In this document: piece by piece, positions 1 to 12,812 of the stretch
How the letters are laid out: each line of letters starts with the position of its first letter
Position numbering within the stretch: position 1 is the stretch's first letter
NCBI RefSeq assembly: GCF_006345805.1
Contig: NC_043002.1
Location: 65,658,001-65,722,000 of the forward strand
Length of the DNA: 64,000 bases
Source: Octopus sinensis
Lineage: Eukaryota
Direction of reading: 5' to 3'
Notes under the pieces: generated by a model
The model's database searches: none
What the model was told of the DNA's origin: nothing
Seen by the model: only the letters and a program-made list of their open reading frames with translations
Translations under genes and position numbers: made by a program

Positions 1-36
<36 letters not shown>

Positions 37-491
37 GATAACACCGGGGACGTTAAACATGTGAGAGCGATAGAACAGTGCTCTGAAATCTATCCTCAAA
101 CATCGGAACAAAGACATCGTATGAAGCTAAAAAAATAACTGACAAAGGATTGGACTATATCCGAGTAAGTTATACTCATCGAAATTTATTACTATTTTCA
201 AAACGAAATTATGTATATAAACTCGATATCATCTCAACCTCTAACACAACACATGTAAACATGGTTGATACATTACGATCCATCAACACCAGATCATCTC
301 CGGCCCCAAACACCATGTACAAGAAAACTACGAATAAATTAAATAATACCGGTATTATTCAACCCAAGAATAACAATCGGGAAGTACGTACTATAAACTT
401 ACAACATAAAATGTACGAAAAACTACACGTGCAAAACAATGTGACAACAGAAATGAACGGACCGGTACCCTACGAAAATGACGACCGTCAA

Positions 492-570
<79 letters not shown>

Positions 571-1811
571 GGCAGAACTAGTCATTTCAGTGAGGGAGGT
601 GAAGGAAATCAACAAAAAAATGAGCAACTGGAAGGCCTCGGGACCAGGTGGATTTCAAGGCTACTGGATCAAAAGATTTGGTGAATGTCATGCACGAATA
701 GCTGCACAACCCAACTTCTTGCTAAATGTGTAGGACAGTGCTGTGCTTGAAAAACATCGAAAAAAACAAATGGCAGACAATTATAGGCCGATATCCTATT
801 GCTACTTATGATGAAATTATTGACTGGAATAGTCGCAGAGTCAATGCACGTACATCTGGAAAACAATGGAGTCCTGCCACATAAGCAGATGGGTTGCAAG
901 CGTAAGTGCAGAGGTAAAAAAGTTCAACTCCTGGTAGACAAAACTGTACTTAGACAATGCAAGAGGAGGAAAACTATCTTAGCCATGTCATGGATCGATT
1001 ATCGTAAGGCGTACGATATGATCCCACATTTTTGGATTATGGTATTGCATCGAACGTTGAGCGATTGCTTGGAAAAAGTATGGCAAAGTGGAGGACGGAA
1101 CTGACAGCATATGGAAGCAGTTTAGGGACAATAGAAATCAGGAAAGCATGTAAAAAATGCCACAGAACCACTATTATCGAAATAAGGTCAGGCTTGTGTA
1201 AGATGGAAGATTGCAGAGATAAAGCCCTGTACAGGGACTTGATAATTAATGAAACTCAAAATAGGTGGATAAAGAAAAGAATGCATAGACAATTTCATAT
1301 AAATGTTGAAGATGAGACAGACAGAAAAGAGACGGCTATCGTTGACTAAAAAGGATTTAAAACCGAAAACTGAGGCTCTAATCTGTGCCGCCCAAGAGCA
1401 AGCTTTAAGAAACAATTACATCAAATACAGAATAGATGACACGTCAGAAAGTGATAAGGCAGAATTTGTGGACAAAATGGTGAAACCGTATAGCATATTA
1501 CCAATCAATATACGCCACTAGCCCACAAAGAATATAAGAGACGTCATGACAAAATAGCAAAGATTGTCCATTGGACACTTTGCAACAAGTATGGACTTGA
1601 CAGATCAAAACAGTGGTACGAACATAAACACAAAGGCATCAACGAAAATGATAAAGCAAATATCCTATGGTATTTTATGATTCAGTGCGACCACGAGATA
1701 GAGAATAGGAAACCAGACATGGTGTTAATTGGCAAAGAAAGCTGGATTATAGATATAGCATGTCCAGCTCACAACAACGTATGCGATAAGGAAGACAAAA
1801 AGGCCGATAGA
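571..1811 (+). mobile_element. Decayed, internally deleted R4/Dong-like non-LTR retrotransposon (copy 1)
   Basis: Follows (AAT)n(AAC)n. Frameshifted RT N-terminal motifs (GFQGYWIKRF; [11 protein letters not shown]; [13 protein letters not shown]) jump to C-terminal motifs (EALICAAQEQAL, RRHD, RKPDMVL..IIDIACP) of the restriction-like endonuclease. Confidence 0.85.
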
Positions 1812-4545
1812 ACAAAAGCCCAAGCAAAAGCCCAAAGAATACGAAGATTTGAGAAGAGAAACAAGTTTTACAAGCAAAATAAGCTGTTCACATCCAATGC
1901 CAAAAACTTCTACAGAGAAATAGGGAAGGAGAAAGTAACCGTTAAATGGAAGAAGTTCAAAACTTTTGGGAAAGGATTTGGAGTGACAAGAAGACGTACA
2001 ACATAAATGCAGACTGGATTATACAAACTGAAGGATCCTACCAAAATTTACAACAAGCATGGGAAGACATCACAATAGCAGACCTAAGAAAGGCACTCAC
2101 GAAGGCCCATAATTGGAAATCCCCCGGTAAAGATAGGGTGCCGAATTTCTGGCTCGCATCGCTCCCATGCGCACACGGTAAGCTAGTTCAGCTGCTCAAT
2201 GGAATTATGAGAGACCCAAAGAAAACACCTGAATGGTTAGCAAGTGGCATTACTTACCTACTCCCAAAGAATAACGAAACCAACCTTCCAAAAAACTATC
2301 GGCCTATAACCTGTCTATCCACCACGTATAAAATCCTAACATCTATCCTGGCGGAGAAAACATATGCATTCATGGAGAAGAACGATATTTTCCCCATAGA
2401 ACAAAAAGGGTGCCGCCGAGGCTCTTACGGATGCAAAGATCAACTGCTAATCAATCGTACGATTCTTGAGACTGTCACAACAAGCGCAGAAATCTCAGCA
2501 CCGCATGGATTGACTACAAAAAGGCCTTCGACAGTATACCGCATCCATGGATCTTGAGATCGCTGGACATCTTCAAAATTTCCCCTGTGATTTCAAACTT
2601 CCTGAAGCACAATATGTCGTTGTGGAATACGAATCTCCAATTATACCACTCTAATGGAGTACTTGCCTCAGAAAATATAAACATCAACTGTGGAATTTTT
2701 CAAGGTGACTCACTTTCACCTTTAATATTCTGCATAGCCCTAATACCCCTTACAAGTGAATTAAACAGAACAGGGTATGGGTATAAAATTGCCAATAAAA
2801 AAATAAGCCATCTATTTTATATGGATTACTTAAAACTTTATGGTAAAGACAATAATGAACTTGAAGGCCTATTGCGCACCGTGAAAGCATTCAGCGATGA
2901 CATCGGGATGGAATTCGGACTTGAGAAGTGTGCCAAGGCCACTTTCCAGAAAGAGAAAGTGAAGACCACAAATTCAGTCGTGTTAGATGTTGACACAGTC
3001 ATAAGAGAGCTTGAGCAAGAACAAACATACAAATATTTAGGGAAAAATGAAAGCTCTGGTATTCAGCATGCAAGCATGAAAGAGAAAATCAGGAAGGAAT
3101 GTTATAGGAGAGTTCGTGCAGTCCTGAAATCTGGACTAAATGCACGTAACAAGGTGTTAGCTATAAATTCCTTAGCAGTTCCAGTTGTTACTTATAGCTA
3201 CAATGTGTTGAACTGGAATATGAGTGAAGTAAAGAATATAGATAGAAAAATACGCAAGCTGCTGAGTTGTAATAGGATGCACCACCCAAAGGCAGACGTA
3301 GATCGCCTTTACCTTCCCAGAGCCCAAGGAGGTCGAGGCCTGATCCAATTTGAACTAGCTTACAAAACAACCACAATTGGACTGGCCAAATATCTCGAAA
3401 TATCGAATGACTGGATGCTAAAGCTCGTGGAAAATCACGAGAGACGAAAGAAGCTTCATTCTATCATAAAGGAAAGCAAAAAATTTGCTATTGATCTCGT
3501 GCAGGATACCCAAACTGAACAACCCGAAGGAAGTACGGCAACTATTGTTGCAAAGAAGGTGAAAATGATGGCAATGAAAAAAGCGCACGAGCAATTGGCT
3601 GATAGGTGGGAGGAGAAACCTCTGCACGGCAAATATGTGACCCGCAGCAAACAAGCTGATGTTGACCAGAAGCAAACCCATCAGCGGCTGCGGAGCTCAG
3701 GGCTAAAAGCAGAGAGCGAAGGTTTCATCCTGGCTGCTCAAGACCAAAGCCTATTAACCCGGAACTACCAGGCCAATGTGATGAAAAATGGAGCAGACCC
3801 AAAATGCCGATTCTGCAACGACATGATTGAAACAGTGGACCACCTAGTCTCTGGATGTAAAGTCTTAGCACCAGTGGAGTATAAATTAAGACATGACATA
3901 GTTGGCCAATATCTACACTGTCTAATAAGTCGGCATTACAATATCAAAACTGCCGACAAGTGGTATGATCACCACCCTGAGGCTGTAACTGAAGGAGAAA
4001 ATGTAACCATTCTGTGGGACTTTCCAGTACATACAGACCGAACCATCAAGGCCAATAAACCAGATATTGTTGTGAAAGACCAAAACAATAAAGTTTGCTT
4101 ATTGATCGACATGAGCATCCCCTGTGATCATAATATCTCAGCGAAAGAGTTTGACAAGCTCGGAAAATATAAAGACCTACTCATTAAAATTGAGAAAATG
4201 TGGCATCTCAAGGCGGTTACAATACCAGTGATCGTAGGAGCACTAGGAATGATCAAGAAGGGAACCGAAAATTATATGAGAATGATCCCTGGCTTACCAT
4301 CCCTGCAAGAAGTGCAAAAGATTGTCTTAACTGGTACATCACACGTATTGAGAAGAGCATTGTCGATGTGAGAACTGTTGCTGCTCATGTATTTTAATTT
4401 AACCTTAAGAAAAAAAAAAAAAAATTAACGAACTACTGAGTTTGGTTTAATGGCCTACCAATGTATACTATGAGTTTCTTTGCCCTAGGAGTCGGGAAGA
4501 CACTCGGCAAGAAATGGAAGCAAATTTGAAAGAAGAAAAAAAAAG
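1812..4545 (+). mobile_element. 5'-truncated R4/Dong-like non-LTR retrotransposon (copy 2): RT, CCHC knuckle and REL endonuclease; inactive
   Basis: ORFs 1946-2557 and 2554-4371 contain NYRPITCL, EQKGC, GIFQGDSLSPL, YMDY (catalytic YMDD mutated), YKYLG, CRFC..ETVDHLVSGC, RHD and KPDIVV..IDMSIP..KY. Frameshifts near 1945 and 2470. The 3' UTR ends in (TAA)n at 4546. Confidence 0.93.
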
Positions 4546-4566
4546 TAATAATAATAATAATAATAA

Positions 4567-5584
4567 CTGTCACCACTCCTCTTTTGTTTATCCTTAATAC
4601 CTCTCTCAAAGCTGCTCAATGACGCGCAGTACGGGTATAAAATGTTTGATACCCAAAGAGAGCGAATAATGCAGATATCGACAAAGCCCTGACCCATCAA
4701 TGGCTAATGGCCTCTGGCTTAAAATCTGAAACAGAGGGGTTTATCATAGCAGCTCAAGATCAATACCTACCAACAAGAAACTACCAGGCCAACATATTAA
4801 AGAACGGCAGTAGCCCAACATGTCGTGTATGCAAGCAACAAAATGAAACCATTGACCATGTGGTCTCCAAATGCAGTCTTCTAGCGCCTACAGAGTACCT
4901 CAGTAGGCATGATAGAGCAGCACAATATATTCACTGGGTAATTTGCAAAAACCTGGATTTGCCCCATGAAAAAAACTGGTGGGAACACAATCCACCTCCT
5001 GTGCTTGAAAATGACCACATCTCACTCCTCTGGAACTTCACCATTCAAACTGACAGGAAGATAGATGCAAATAGGCCAGACATCATATTGAAAGACTTCA
5101 GACAAAGAACATGCCTCCTCATTGATATGACTGTCCCAATCGATATAAACGTATCTGTCAAGACCTACCAAAAACTGAGCAAATATAAAGATCTTGAAAT
5201 AGAAATCAGCAAAATGTGGAAGCTGAAGACTAAAACAATACCTGTTGTCATAGGTGCCCTGGGAATGATAGCGAAAGGGACTGATTGCTACCTAACTCAG
5301 ATACCAGGAAACCCCAAAATGGCAGAAATTCAAAAGATAGTGCTCATGGGAACTGCTCATATCCTACGCAAAATACTCTCTATGTAATCCCAAGGTTTAA
5401 AACAAACTTTTTTTTTATTTTTATTTATTTAATTTTTTTTTTTTATGTATTAGACATTCACTAGTACAACACCAAAAGAAAAAAAAACCCAAATATATGG
5501 CACAGAACTTCTAACCTGTTGTCTCTTGAGGTCTTTGGGTGAGACTTGGAGCCAACTTGTACAGACATAAAGCAAAAGTCAAAC

Positions 5585-5587
<3 letters not shown>
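4567..5587 (+). mobile_element. R4/Dong-like element (copy 3): short RT piece joined to the endonuclease half and 3' UTR
   Basis: 4567-4650 encodes LSPLLFCLSLIPLSKLLNDAQYGYKMFD, then jumps to ORF 4707-5387 (CRVC..ETIDHVVSKC, RHD, RPDIILKD). (TAA)n lies on both sides. Confidence 0.9.
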
Positions 5588-5635
<48 letters not shown>

Positions 5636-5696
5636 CAACAACAACAACAACAACAACAACGACAACAACGACGACAACGACGATAATAATAATAAC

Positions 5697-5742
<46 letters not shown>

Positions 5743-5751
5743 TTAATAAAA

Positions 5752-6265
5752 GGCTCTCATGGCTTCTGATCTTAACTGATTGGAAGTGTTATCATGTACA
5801 TTGTTTTGTCTTGGTATAAAAGATGGGCTACAGCAAATATTCTGCTCAATGCCACATATTTGCTTGTCAGTTGTTTGACCTTAACCAGTTGAGCATGTCC
5901 CTTAGTGTTTGACGATATGTGCATCTCTGACCACGAGCAGAAGTAGTGGGGGAGCATCATAGCCGTGTGTTGACAGGACTTCTTAGCGGTTTGGATAATT
6001 CACCTTTGGAAATATCGGTGTTTCGTTCAACATCCTTAAACAATCCTTATTCAGGGACCTTTTGAGCGGGATGAACTACTCGGCCGGAAGAAAATTCTAA
6101 CTGGGCCCCACCTGCAATGTCATGCGCTGTTTATCTTGATATGAGATCACCATGTCGCGCACATATGGTTGTGATGCATGTGCCTGGTGTACCCTTATCA
6201 GACGGGTAGTCATGATGGGTATATTGGGCTTCGTATATTTTGATGGCATGAACTGCTCTCACTCA
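5752..6265. repeat. 514-bp non-coding element embedded in (TAA)n, copy 1
   Basis: Flanked by (TAA)n on both sides; apparently identical copy at 6536-7049. Confidence 0.8.
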
Positions 6266-6305
6266 AAAATAATAATATAATAATAATAATATAATAATAA
6301 TAATA

Positions 6306-6384
<79 letters not shown>

Positions 6385-6535
6385 CAACAACAACACAACA
6401 ACAACAACAACAACAACAACAACGACAACAACGACGACAACGACGATAATAATAATAACAATAATAATAATAATAATAATAATAATATAATAATATAATA
6501 ATAATAATATAATAATAATAATAATATTAATAAAA

Positions 6536-7049
6536 GGCTCTCATGGCTTCTGATCTTAACTGATTGGAAGTGTTATCATGTACATTGTTTTGTCTTGGTA
6601 TAAAAGATGGGCTACAGCAAATATTCTGCTCAATGCCACATATTTGCTTGTCAGTTGTTTGACCTTAACCAGTTGAGCATGTCCCTTAGTGTTTGACGAT
6701 ATGTGCATCTCTGACCACGAGCAGAAGTAGTGGGGGAGCATCATAGCCGTGTGTTGACAGGACTTCTTAGCGGTTTGGATAATTCACCTTTGGAAATATC
6801 GGTGTTTCGTTCAACATCCTTAAACAATCCTTATTCAGGGACCTTTTGAGCGGGATGAACTACTCGGCCGGAAGAAAATTCTAACTGGGCCCCACCTGCA
6901 ATGTCATGCGCTGTTTATCTTGATATGAGATCACCATGTCGCGCACATATGGTTGTGATGCATGTGCCTGGTGTACCCTTATCAGACGGGTAGTCATGAT
7001 GGGTATATTGGGCTTCGTATATTTTGATGGCATGAACTGCTCTCACTCA
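6536..7049. repeat. 514-bp non-coding element embedded in (TAA)n, copy 2 (784-bp tandem duplication)
   Basis: Same sequence as 5752-6265, preceded by the same compound (AAT)/(AAC)/(GAC) microsatellite signature. Confidence 0.8.
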
Positions 7050-7051
7050 AA

Positions 7052-7145
<94 letters not shown>

Positions 7146-7204
7146 TTTATTTATTCATTTCAATTTCAATTTCAATTTCAATTTCAGTTAATTTCAATTT
7201 CAGT

Positions 7205-8564
7205 TAATGATGTTGATATCACAAACCTCAACCACCTATACTATGCATCCGCGAAAATCTCAACGATCCTATGTGGTGTAAAGATTAGAAAACGGCAACA
7301 GTCCCACAAAAAGCCTTCTTGGCAAGAGCGTCTGCAACAACAAATTAAAATATTTAGATCTGACGTTGAATATTTGAAAAACCTTAAGGTTCACAAGACT
7401 ACCAAACCTACAAAAACCCAAAAATTACTGAAAAAATACAATATGAAAACTATACTTGATATTGATGCCACCATAGAAACCATCAAACAAAAGGTATCTG
7501 CCAAAGCTGCCCGCATAGCGAGGTATGAAAAGCGTGTTAGATTTTTCAAGGACAACAACATGTTCAAAAATAACACCAAGAATTTTTACAGGAAGATAGG
7601 AAAAACAGCGTTTACTGCAGGGTCTGTACCATCAAAAGAAGAAGTGCAGAGATTTTGGAATAAAATCTGGGCAGAAGAAAAAACACACAACGAAAAGGCC
7701 CCCTGGATTGACAGAATATCTACAGAACTGGAACCCTTGGAAGAGCAAAAGTGGGAGGGTGTCAAGGTAGAAGATATAAGATCTGCTCTCAGGAGGTCAA
7801 GCAAATGGAAGTCTCCAGGAAAGGATAAAATTCCTAACTTCTGGCTGAATGCCTTCCCAGAGAGCCATGAACTGCTAACAGAACTGTACAATTATGTTTT
7901 GCAACACCCTAGTAGGATGCCTCCTTGGCTAGTTAATGGGTTAACATTCCTGCTTCCAAAAAGTGAAGAAACAAATGAACCAAAAAACTATAGACCCATA
8001 ATCTGCTTAACAACTATGTACAAAACACTAACATCTGTCCTGACGGAATATACCTATAGTTTTTTAACAGACAGCAGCATATTCCCTAATGAACAGAAAG
8101 GATGTAAACGTGGATCCTACGGCTGTAAAGACCAACTACTCATCAATAAGATGAACTTAGAAGATTGTCACAAACAAATAGAAATCAGCAAAATGTGGAA
8201 GCTGAAGACTAAAACAATACCTGTTGTCATAGGTGCCCTGGGAATGATAGCAAAAGGGGCTGATAGCTACCTAACTCAGATACCAGGAAACCCAAAAATG
8301 GCAGAAGTTCAAAAGATAGTGCTCATGGGAACTGCTCATATCCTACGCAAAATACTCTCTATGTAATCTCAAGGTTTAAAACAAACATAATTTTCGGTTT
8401 AAAAAAAAAAAAAAAAACCTTTCATTAGTACAACATCCCCACCCCCCAAATATATGGCACACTAGGCATAACAACAACATGAACTTCCAACCCTGTTGTC
8501 TCTTGAGGTCTCTGGGTGAGACTTGGAGCCAACTTGTACAAATATAAAGCAAAAGTCAAACATA

Positions 8565-8565
<1 letters not shown>
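7205..8565 (+). mobile_element. R4/Dong-like element (copy 4, same family as copy 3) with an in-frame internal deletion
   Basis: ORF 6936-8366 carries the N-terminal region, WKSPGKDKIPNFW, NYRPIICL and EQKGCKRGSYGCKDQLLINK, fused at ~8177 directly to the terminal IEISKMWKLKTK..ILRKILSM. The 3' end matches copy 3. (TAA)n tail from 8566. Confidence 0.9.
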
Positions 8566-8645
<80 letters not shown>

Positions 8646-9334
8646 TGATGATGATGATGATGATAAATCAAAAGGACACACAGTTACACAAACACACTCA
8701 CACATACACACTTACACACACGCACACATGCAATGTTCAGCCAGAAACGGTACGAAAAGAGTGATCCAAATGAAAAACAAGTAACAGTTTCCAATCATTC
8801 TTCTTTTATTGAGTTTATTCCAAACAGAACAGTTCTAATTATGAACAGAATTTTAAAATAATCTGTTATTGAGCATCGATAAAGGAGAAATTATCTTGTT
8901 TGCAGATCTAAAAACATTCAGATGCTTTCCTTATGCTCATGAAATACCAATTCTAGGGAGTTCCAGCCGAAGAGTGAATCAGCATATTCTCTGTTGGCTG
9001 AGGAGGTTGCCATGGCATCTTATGAAAATATTCAAACTGGTGTACGAAACGTGAAAAGAAGATGAGATGGCGCTTTGAACATCTACCGAGAAGCTCAACA
9101 ATGCACAACGTGAGGATTACAGAAGAGCGGTTGAAAGCAGGAATCAAGCAAAGAATATTAATGATGACGTTCATCTTTGTCCCACCGTTAATTCTGAAAC
9201 CCAAAATGGGGGTGTTGTGCGCCCCGAAGTTTACAACTCGTTGTTCACATGGGACCAAACATGCCGTTGTTAATTTTGGTTGTGGAAATATAGTATGTGT
9301 ATTGATTACAAATTTTGGAACAATTTTGATACGT

Positions 9335-9371
<37 letters not shown>

Positions 9372-9391
9372 TAGATAGATAGCTAGCTAGC

Positions 9392-9469
<78 letters not shown>

Positions 9470-9473
9470 CAGA

Positions 9474-9515
<42 letters not shown>

Positions 9516-9692
9516 AACATGCAGACTGACAGACAGTTAGATATATATATATATATATAGAGAGAGAGAGGGGGGAGAGGCAGACAGACAAATAAGCTGG
9601 CAGACAGACAGATAGATAGATAAAGAGTGAGGGGGGGCAGACAGACAAATAAACTGGCAGACAGACTGATAGATAGATAGATAGATAGATAG

Positions 9693-9736
<44 letters not shown>

Positions 9737-9752
9737 CAGATAGATAGATAGA
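9335..9752. repeat. Compound (GACA)n/(GATA)n microsatellite
   Basis: Directly visible. Confidence 0.97.
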
Positions 9753-10264
9753 TTGGCTGTTACGTTGGTATGATACATTCGTACATACATAAGTTAGGGC
9801 AGGCGAGAACAAATAATAAACAATGAAACATGACAAGTTTGATGCGAAATTAAACGAAAACACACTTAAAGCGATGGTTAGTCACGTGTGTGGATTAGTT
9901 TAGGAGTGGTGTGGTGATTGAAAGATGGTTTTCACGGAGAACGTAACCAAGAACAACATTGTATAGATTTTAACATCAAGACGTTAAATATAAGACACAA
10001 TAGGATAAAAGGAAAATGTTTATTGTGAAAACAACGAGTTGAACATCTAAAATACAACTACTACACAAGCATCGTCTACATTGCAGCCTTCACCGTCGTC
10101 TACATCGTTATTAGAAGTAAAAACGAAAAGCTATACCATCAATGTCGAAATTGGACACTAAAACAATATGGCGTCGATTTAAGCAAAGAAAAATGCCGTC
10201 GATTTATTTATTGCATTTCAGTAAAAACAGTTATGTCTGTTGTGGGTATAGATTACTATTAACT

Positions 10265-10575
10265 GGTACTCGGTCGGTTACACTGACGAGGGCTCCAGCT
10301 GATCCGTTCTGTGGAACAGCCTGCTCGTGAAATTAACGTGCAAGTGGCTGAGCACTCCACAGACACGTTTACCCTCAACGTAGTTCTCGGGGAAATTCAG
10401 CGAGTCACAGAATGTGATAAGCCTTTGAATCAGATACTACTCATAATTTCCAACTGAGTGGACTGGGCCGACATGAAATACAGCCTCTTGCTCAAGAACA
10501 CATGGCGCGGCCGAGAATTGAACACACGACCATAGAATCGTCAGCTGAATCCTCAAACAACTAAGCCACGCACCT
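10265..10575 (-). mobile_element. tRNA-derived SINE, family D
   Basis: Reverse complement resembles 62535-62832: A/B-box head, TCTTGAGCAAG core, GTGTCTGTGGAGTGCTCAGCCACTTGCAC tail. Confidence 0.75.
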
Positions 10576-10620
10576 TGTATGTATCTAAGTATATTTCTGC
10601 GGTATTTTGTATGTGTGATA

Positions 10621-10960
10621 AGGCGGCGAGCTGGCAGAAACGTTAGCACGCCGGGCGAAAGCGTAGCCGTATTTCGTCTGCCGTTACGTTCTGAGTTCAA
10701 ATTCCGCCGAGGTTGACTTTGCCTTTCATCCTTTCGGGGTCAATAAATTAAGTACCAGTTACGCACTGGGGTCGATATAATCGACTTAATCCGTTTGTCA
10801 GTCGTTGTTTGTCCCCTCTGTGTTTATCCCCTAGTGGGTAGTAAAGAAATAGGTATTTCGTCTGTCTTTATGTTCTAAGTTCAAATTCCGCCGAATTAAG
10901 TATCAGTTATGTACTGTGGTCGATCTAATTTCGGGCCATGTACCTAGAGTAGAAAAGATT
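10621..10960 (+). mobile_element. tRNA-derived SINE, family B, with partial 3' duplication
   Basis: GGCGGCGAGCTGGCAGAA head, GAGTTCAAATTCC B box, conserved GCCTTTCATCCTTTCGGGGTC..AGTACCAG core. Other copies at ~18345, 27885-28095(-), 38840-39072, 47230-47374(-), 50660-50780(-). Confidence 0.85.
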
Positions 10961-11019
10961 TTAGAAAATTACTATTTGTAAATCTCACAACGTGAGATAT
11001 TCAGCAGCAGTACTTTGGA

Positions 11020-11274
11020 GTAAAGATTGTTTGCCAACATAACATGTCAGTCCTAGATTAGGACGAATGTTCCTGTAATTTAGCCCCAGGAGACATCGTC
11101 TCCAGTTGGCTATACTACACGATCTGTGTTCTTATATCTGTATCCCTTGTTCGAAAATATAAGGACACAGATCGTGTCGTGTAGCCAGCTGGAGACGATA
11201 TATCCTGGGGCTAAATTACAGCAACATTAGTCCTAAACCAGGACTGCCATGTTATGTTGGCAAACAATGTTTAC
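11020..11274. repeat. Long inverted repeat (~118-bp arms, ~18-bp spacer), fold-back or MITE-like
   Basis: TGTTTGCCAACATAACATG..GATCTGTGTTCTTATAT is mirrored by ATATAAGGACACAGATC..CATGTTATGTTGGCAAACA. Confidence 0.9.
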
Positions 11275-11319
11275 AGAAATGATTTTGTATGTGTGTTTAC
11301 ATCCTTACGGTTTCAGATC

Positions 11320-11760
11320 ATTCTTGTTCCAGATTCAGTCCCACTGCGTGGCACCTTGCGCAAGTGAATTCTATTATAGCCTCAGGCCAACCAAAGCCTT
11401 GTGAGTGGATTTGGCAGGCGGAAACTGAAAGAAGCCCGACGTATATATATATATATATATGCATATATATATATATGCATATATATATATATATATATAT
11501 ATATGTCTGTCTGTTTGTATGTATGTATGTATGTATGTGTATGTATGTATGTATGTGTTTGTGTGTTATTGATTGTTTCCCAACATCGCTTCACAACCGA
11601 TGCTGGAGTGTTTACGTCCCTGTAACTTAGAGACCGATAGAATAAGTACTAGGCTTACAAAGAATAAGTCTTGGGGTGGATTTCCTCAAATAAAGGCGGT
11701 GCTCCAGCATGGCCGTAGTCAACTGATGAAACAAGTAAACGAATGAAAAAGTAAAAGAAT
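11320..11760 (+). mobile_element. tRNA-derived SINE, family A, with internal (TA)/(TG) microsatellite
   Basis: TTCAGTCCCACTGCGTGGCACCTTG..GGAAACTGAAAGAAGCCCG, then a microsatellite, then ACAACCGATGCTGG..GCTCCAGCATGGCC tail. At least 10 related copies in the window. Confidence 0.85.
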
Positions 11761-12156
11761 ACATCAATAGAGACACATACAGAAATACATAAACGCATTT
11801 TATACTTTTATACGTTTCTGCTGTGGTCATGATGGAGCAACCGCCAGTCTAATCACCTTTTCACTGGCTAATCTTATGTGATTGGTTTTTGTTGAAGAAG
11901 GGAGTTCGTCATTGCTGCCCTTTTAAGATTCCTGCCGCAATACATGTTCAACTGGTACCGTGAATAGCAGTTCTTCCTCTACTCGAAGTAATTGTCTGTC
12001 TCAACAGCAGGTCACAATGTAAATTTATATACGTGTCTTCATGTAAATCCTCATTATTGTGTTTCTGAAGTTTCTTACCGTTAGAGGAGGATCCGTTATG
12101 TGACACGGTATCAAGGCTTTTCTAGAAGAATTTAGACAGTATGAACCTGGCAGCCT

Positions 12157-12812
12157 TGTATGTATGTATGCATGTATGTATGTAAGTATGCATGTATGTA
12201 TGTATGTATGTATGTATGTATGTATGTATGTATGTATGTATGTATGCATGTATGTATGTACGCATGCATGCATGTATATATGTACGCATGTATGTACGCA
12301 TGCATGCATGCATGTATGTATGTATATATTTATGTTAATATGTATGCATACATGTATGCATGTATGTATGTATGTACGGATGTATGCATGTATGCATGTA
12401 TGTATCGATGCATGTATTTATGTATGCATGCATATATGAATGGATGTATGCATTCATGCATGCATGTATGTATGCATGTATGCATGCATGTACTTATGTG
12501 TGCATGAGTGCATGTAAGTATGCATGTATGTGTGTTTGTCTGTATGCATGCATGTATGTATGCATGTATGTATGTATGTATGCATGTATATATATATATG
12601 CATGCATGTATGTATGTATGTATTCATGCATGAATGTATGTATTTATGCATGAATGTGTGTATGTATGTATGCATGCATGAATGCATGTATGTATGTGTG
12701 CATTATGCATTCATGCATGAATGTATGTATGTATGTATGTATGCATGCATGAATGTATGTATGTATGTATGTATGCATGTATGTATGTATGTATATATGT
12801 ATGTATGCATTC
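12157..12812. repeat. Degenerate (TGTA)n/(TGCA)n microsatellite
   Basis: Directly visible. Confidence 0.95.

Noticed and set aside
6936-7204. N-terminal part of the 476-aa ORF as real protein
   Set aside because: Read-through from the 514-bp repeat, (AAT)n and (TTCAAT)n into the Dong fragment.
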